From Spirochaetia bacterium (GTDB taxonomy: Bacteria > Spirochaetota > Spirochaetia > SZUA-6 > Bin103): a stretch of DNA of 64,000 bases. A program made the position numbers and the translations under genes. Shown here one piece after another: positions 61,372-64,000 of this stretch; position 1 is the stretch's first letter, and each line of letters starts with the position of its first letter. The notes beneath the pieces are model-generated. The model saw only the letters and a program-made list of their open reading frames with translations, did not search any database and was not told the origin of the DNA. Location of the stretch: contig CBDBDQ010000003.1 of NCBI GenBank assembly GCA_965203905.1, positions 1 to 64,000 on the forward strand, given 5' to 3'.

Positions 61372-61869
61372 TCAGCCCTCCCAGCCGATGCCGCGCTGCC
61401 GCAGGCTCACAAAGCCGCGCCGCGCGACGATCACGTGGTCGTACAGGTCGATGTCGTGGTACTCCGCTGCCGTCCTCACCTTCCGCGTCACCCGCGTATC
61501 AGACCCGCTCGGGCACGGGTCGCCCGAGGGGTGGTTGTGCACCACGATGAAGTAGGGCGCGCCCCTCACGATGGCAGGGCGCAGGATCTCCGCGACCCGG
61601 ATCGAGGCGGCGTTGACCGTGCCCTGGTAGACCGTCACGGCCTCCAGCAGCTCCGACTTGGTGTTCAGCAGCAGCACGCGAAGCTGCTCCTGCAACAAGC
61701 CGCCCATGTCCATGCACTGGTTCGCCACGGCCTCCGGCGTGTTCAGCACGGGGGGATCACCAGCGGCGCCGCCACGGCCCGGAGGGGTGGCGGCGCCGTA
61801 CTGCAAGGCGATCTCCTGGAGCAACTGTTGGTTGCGCTTCAGCGCGTCCAGCAGATCCGTCATCAGCAC
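61372..61869 (-). CDS. radC: RadC-like JAB domain protein
   Basis: QEQLRVLLLNTK, GTVNAA....EILR.A, VHNHPSGDPCPSGSD, DLYDHVIV. Confidence 0.93.
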   Translation of the reverse strand: MLMTDLLDALKRNQQLLQEIALQYGAATPPGRGGAAGDPPVLNTPEAVANQCMDMGGLLQEQLRVLLLNTKSELLEAVTVYQGTVNAASIRVAEILRPAIVRGAPYFIVVHNHPSGDPCPSGSDTRVTRKVRTAAEYHDIDLYDHVIVARRGFVSLRQRGIGWEG

Positions 61870-62273
61870 GCCTCCGTGAGCGGCTTCAGCGTCCGCGCGG
61901 CGCGGATCAGCGTGTCCTTCACGGTCGCCTGCCGCTGGCCGTCCAGGTCGTTCCAGTACGCAATCACCCCGCCCCGATCCTCCGTCAGGCCGGTGGTCTC
62001 ACGGATCAGCTTCTCCAGAACGGCACACGCGGCCCGCCTGACTGCGGTCTCATCGCCGCCGCTCAGCTTCAGCAGCCCCACGCGGTAGCTGGCGATCAGC
62101 AGGGCGCCCGTCGCGCACCAGCAGCACGCATCCGGCGCGGTAGGCGACACCGGGACACCGGCGCCGTTCTGCGCTGCCGCTCCCTGCGTCCATCCGATGC
62201 CCACAAAGCAGGCGGCGCGCTCCAGGAGCGCCGCCGCCTTGTCGTTGACCTCCAGGTTGGTCAGTACCCGCAT
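61863..62273 (-). CDS. DUF6197-like phage protein (paralog of 60179..60595)
   Basis: LLERAA....GWTQGAAA......ACCWCATGAL....IAYWND..G.....V...L.RAA. Confidence 0.72.
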   Translation of the reverse strand: MRVLTNLEVNDKAAALLERAACFVGIGWTQGAAAQNGAGVPVSPTAPDACCWCATGALLIASYRVGLLKLSGGDETAVRRAACAVLEKLIRETTGLTEDRGGVIAYWNDLDGQRQATVKDTLIRAARTLKPLTEAC

Positions 62274-63418
62274 CAGTCCAGGGCCTCGCTCGGCAGCCGG
62301 ATGTCGTAGCACTCGTCGGCGTTCATGCACCCGCCGTCGGTCATGTGGACCGTGCCCTCGACGCCGATCCGCTCCACGGTCCGCCATCGGCCGTCGCTCG
62401 GATCGCGCACCCGGTCACCCACGTGCACGGGATACTCGTCCTCATCCTCAACGACCTCGGCAGGCGGGTCGTACACGTCCGGTTGCTCGGTGTGCCCCGG
62501 CCACTCGGCAGCGTGCGTCCACCGGTCGGCAGCCGTCTCAGCATCGGTGTGGTTGGGAAACCGCTTGGTGTGGCGCCGCTCTGGCAGGCGATGCCGGTCC
62601 AGCACGTAAGCCTCGACCGTGTAGGTGCGCTCCACCATCGCCGGCGACAGGCGCCGCTCAGCGGTCGCGAGCGTGGCGTTGCGCCCGTTGATCCACTCAT
62701 CCGATACCCAGCGCACACGGCGCGTAGGAGCGCGCTCTGGCGGCTCGCATTCGCAGGTCGGGCACGGCGGATCGTCCTCCCCGTGGTCGACGTGATAGAG
62801 GCAGACCGCGATGTCGTGCTTGGCCTCCGTGGCGTCGCAGCGGCACAGCGCGCAGCGTTGCGGGTGGTCGGGCAGCAACTCGTTGCCGGTGAAGGTGTCG
62901 ACCGTCACGTCGCCGGTGGCGTCGATCCGATACAGGCCATCCTCATCGCCGTGTGCGCGCCGGTAGTCCTGCGCCGCCTCCACGCGGTCCTTCTCGTCCT
63001 TGAACGGCCCGCTCAGGACCGGCTCCACGTCGCCCATGATCGACAGCAGGTGCAGCTTCCGGTCCGGGGAGCGGGGCAGGTCCCGCAACTCGCTCAGAAG
63101 CTGGCGCCCGTCCTCAAGCTGCTCGTCGTCGGCGCAGTACAGCGTCACCATGTGCGCAAGCTGCTGCACCACGCGGTGGCACTCCTGCTCGGTTGCGATG
63201 GCCTGCGCCGCCCGTAGCACGTCGATGTCGCGGATGGTGGGGTCGAGCATCAGGTCGCGCTCGCGCGCCGCCTGCGCCTCCCGGGCCTCGGCCTGCTCCT
63301 GCAGCACCGCGTTGAGCGCGGCGCGGAGTGTCTCTGCCTCGCCCCGATCCACCAGGATCGACACGTTCGGCATGTTCAGGTTGACCCGCCCGTTGGCGTG
63401 TAGCGTCGCCGTCGCCAT
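62273..63418 (-). CDS. Multi-domain hypothetical protein with Cys/His zinc-binding segment
   Basis: MATATLHANG...; CALCRC...C..H...CPTC; TGATG coupling at both ends. Confidence 0.7.
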   Translation of the reverse strand: MATATLHANGRVNLNMPNVSILVDRGEAETLRAALNAVLQEQAEAREAQAARERDLMLDPTIRDIDVLRAAQAIATEQECHRVVQQLAHMVTLYCADDEQLEDGRQLLSELRDLPRSPDRKLHLLSIMGDVEPVLSGPFKDEKDRVEAAQDYRRAHGDEDGLYRIDATGDVTVDTFTGNELLPDHPQRCALCRCDATEAKHDIAVCLYHVDHGEDDPPCPTCECEPPERAPTRRVRWVSDEWINGRNATLATAERRLSPAMVERTYTVEAYVLDRHRLPERRHTKRFPNHTDAETAADRWTHAAEWPGHTEQPDVYDPPAEVVEDEDEYPVHVGDRVRDPSDGRWRTVERIGVEGTVHMTDGGCMNADECYDIRLPSEALD

Positions 63419-63675
63419 CACGAACGCCCCTCGGCCACGCAACCGGCACACCGACCGTCTGTGGTCGGTGTCGCCATCGTGGCCTCGCACACGTAGCACA
63501 CGTGGTCGTGAACCACGTCGTCGACGTCGTTCGCCACCGGCCCGTAGCCCATCTCTTGCAGCAGGTCGCGAGCGTTGCGCAGCACGTCGAGCCGCTCCTG
63601 CACCGATGGTGGAGGCTGCCGGTCAGCAGCCTCCACCATCACTCGCAGGGTCTCTTTGTCGGTAGGTCCGATCAC
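63418..63675 (-). CDS. Hypothetical protein with CxxC..CxxC
   Basis: CYVC...CAGC; GTGA overlap. Confidence 0.65.
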   Translation of the reverse strand: MIGPTDKETLRVMVEAADRQPPPSVQERLDVLRNARDLLQEMGYGPVANDVDDVVHDHVCYVCEATMATPTTDGRCAGCVAEGRS

Positions 63676-63980
63676 AGCCCGACGACCTCGAACAGGCCAA
63701 GCTCCTGAAGCTCAAGGCCGGCCTGTACCCATGCCTCGCTGTCCGCGGCGCGGCTGCCGGCGTCGTCCTCTTCGCTCAGCGCCGGCAGCTCCATCGCCAT
63801 GGAAGCGCCCCACGGCCTCTCTTCGACGATCTCAAGCGCGCTGCCGGCGGCGATCGGCGTGCTGCCGTCGTCCCCGCGCAGGCACCATGAATCGAGCGCT
63901 CGCGTGGCCGTGACAACGTTTCCGGCTTCGAGGCGCCCGTCCACGTCGCCGGGTTCGACCCAAACAGTTCTACCGTTCAT
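63672..63980 (-). CDS. Hypothetical protein
   Basis: AGGAGG RBS; acidic 102-aa ORF. Confidence 0.65.
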   Translation of the reverse strand: MNGRTVWVEPGDVDGRLEAGNVVTATRALDSWCLRGDDGSTPIAAGSALEIVEERPWGASMAMELPALSEEDDAGSRAADSEAWVQAGLELQELGLFEVVGL

Positions 63981-64000
63981 CGGTATCCCTCCTGCTCCCG

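Larger units (their letters stand above)
29560..64000. mobile_element. Composite integrative region/genomic island (possibly 2-3 nested or tandem elements); right end not seen
   Basis: Truncated gene at the left junction, P4-type integrase + AlpA, heterogeneous GC cargo, VapE/ori module, second tyrosine recombinase with ssb/radC operon. Confidence 0.7.

Overview
GC-rich bacterial window. A Treponema-like SSB N-terminus (NNLNSVLIEGNL), giant Calx-beta/FN3/cadherin proteins, PhyH genes, Rpn and repeated GAF-PAS-HK-REC-wHTH hybrids suggest (inference) a sponge-associated spirochaete. The left part (1-28 kb) holds a >4600-aa surface adhesin whose signal-peptide coding region carries an out-of-frame (CGCCGGT)~13 tract (candidate phase-variation switch). 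It also holds a hybrid sensor kinase, an Rpn gene with an internal RpnS start, and a sugar ABC/PhyH/oxidoreductase catabolic cluster. At ~29.56 kb an HNH gene is cut by a composite integrative region. That region carries a P4-type integrase plus AlpA, a GPP34(GOLPH3)-cytochrome P450 fusion, secreted hydrolases, paired wHTH/EVE-like genes, and a decayed VapE replicon with iterons. It ends in a tightly packed minus-strand phage/ICE-like operon (radC, ssb, two DUF6197-like genes, Xer-type recombinase). The intergenic gaps of that last operon contain a type II hammerhead ribozyme candidate, three tRNA-like acceptor/T-arm structures and a recurring hairpin: a candidate RNA-punctuated operon. Several isolated 1-bp frameshifts suggest assembly indel errors. 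All calls are by eye, without database searches.
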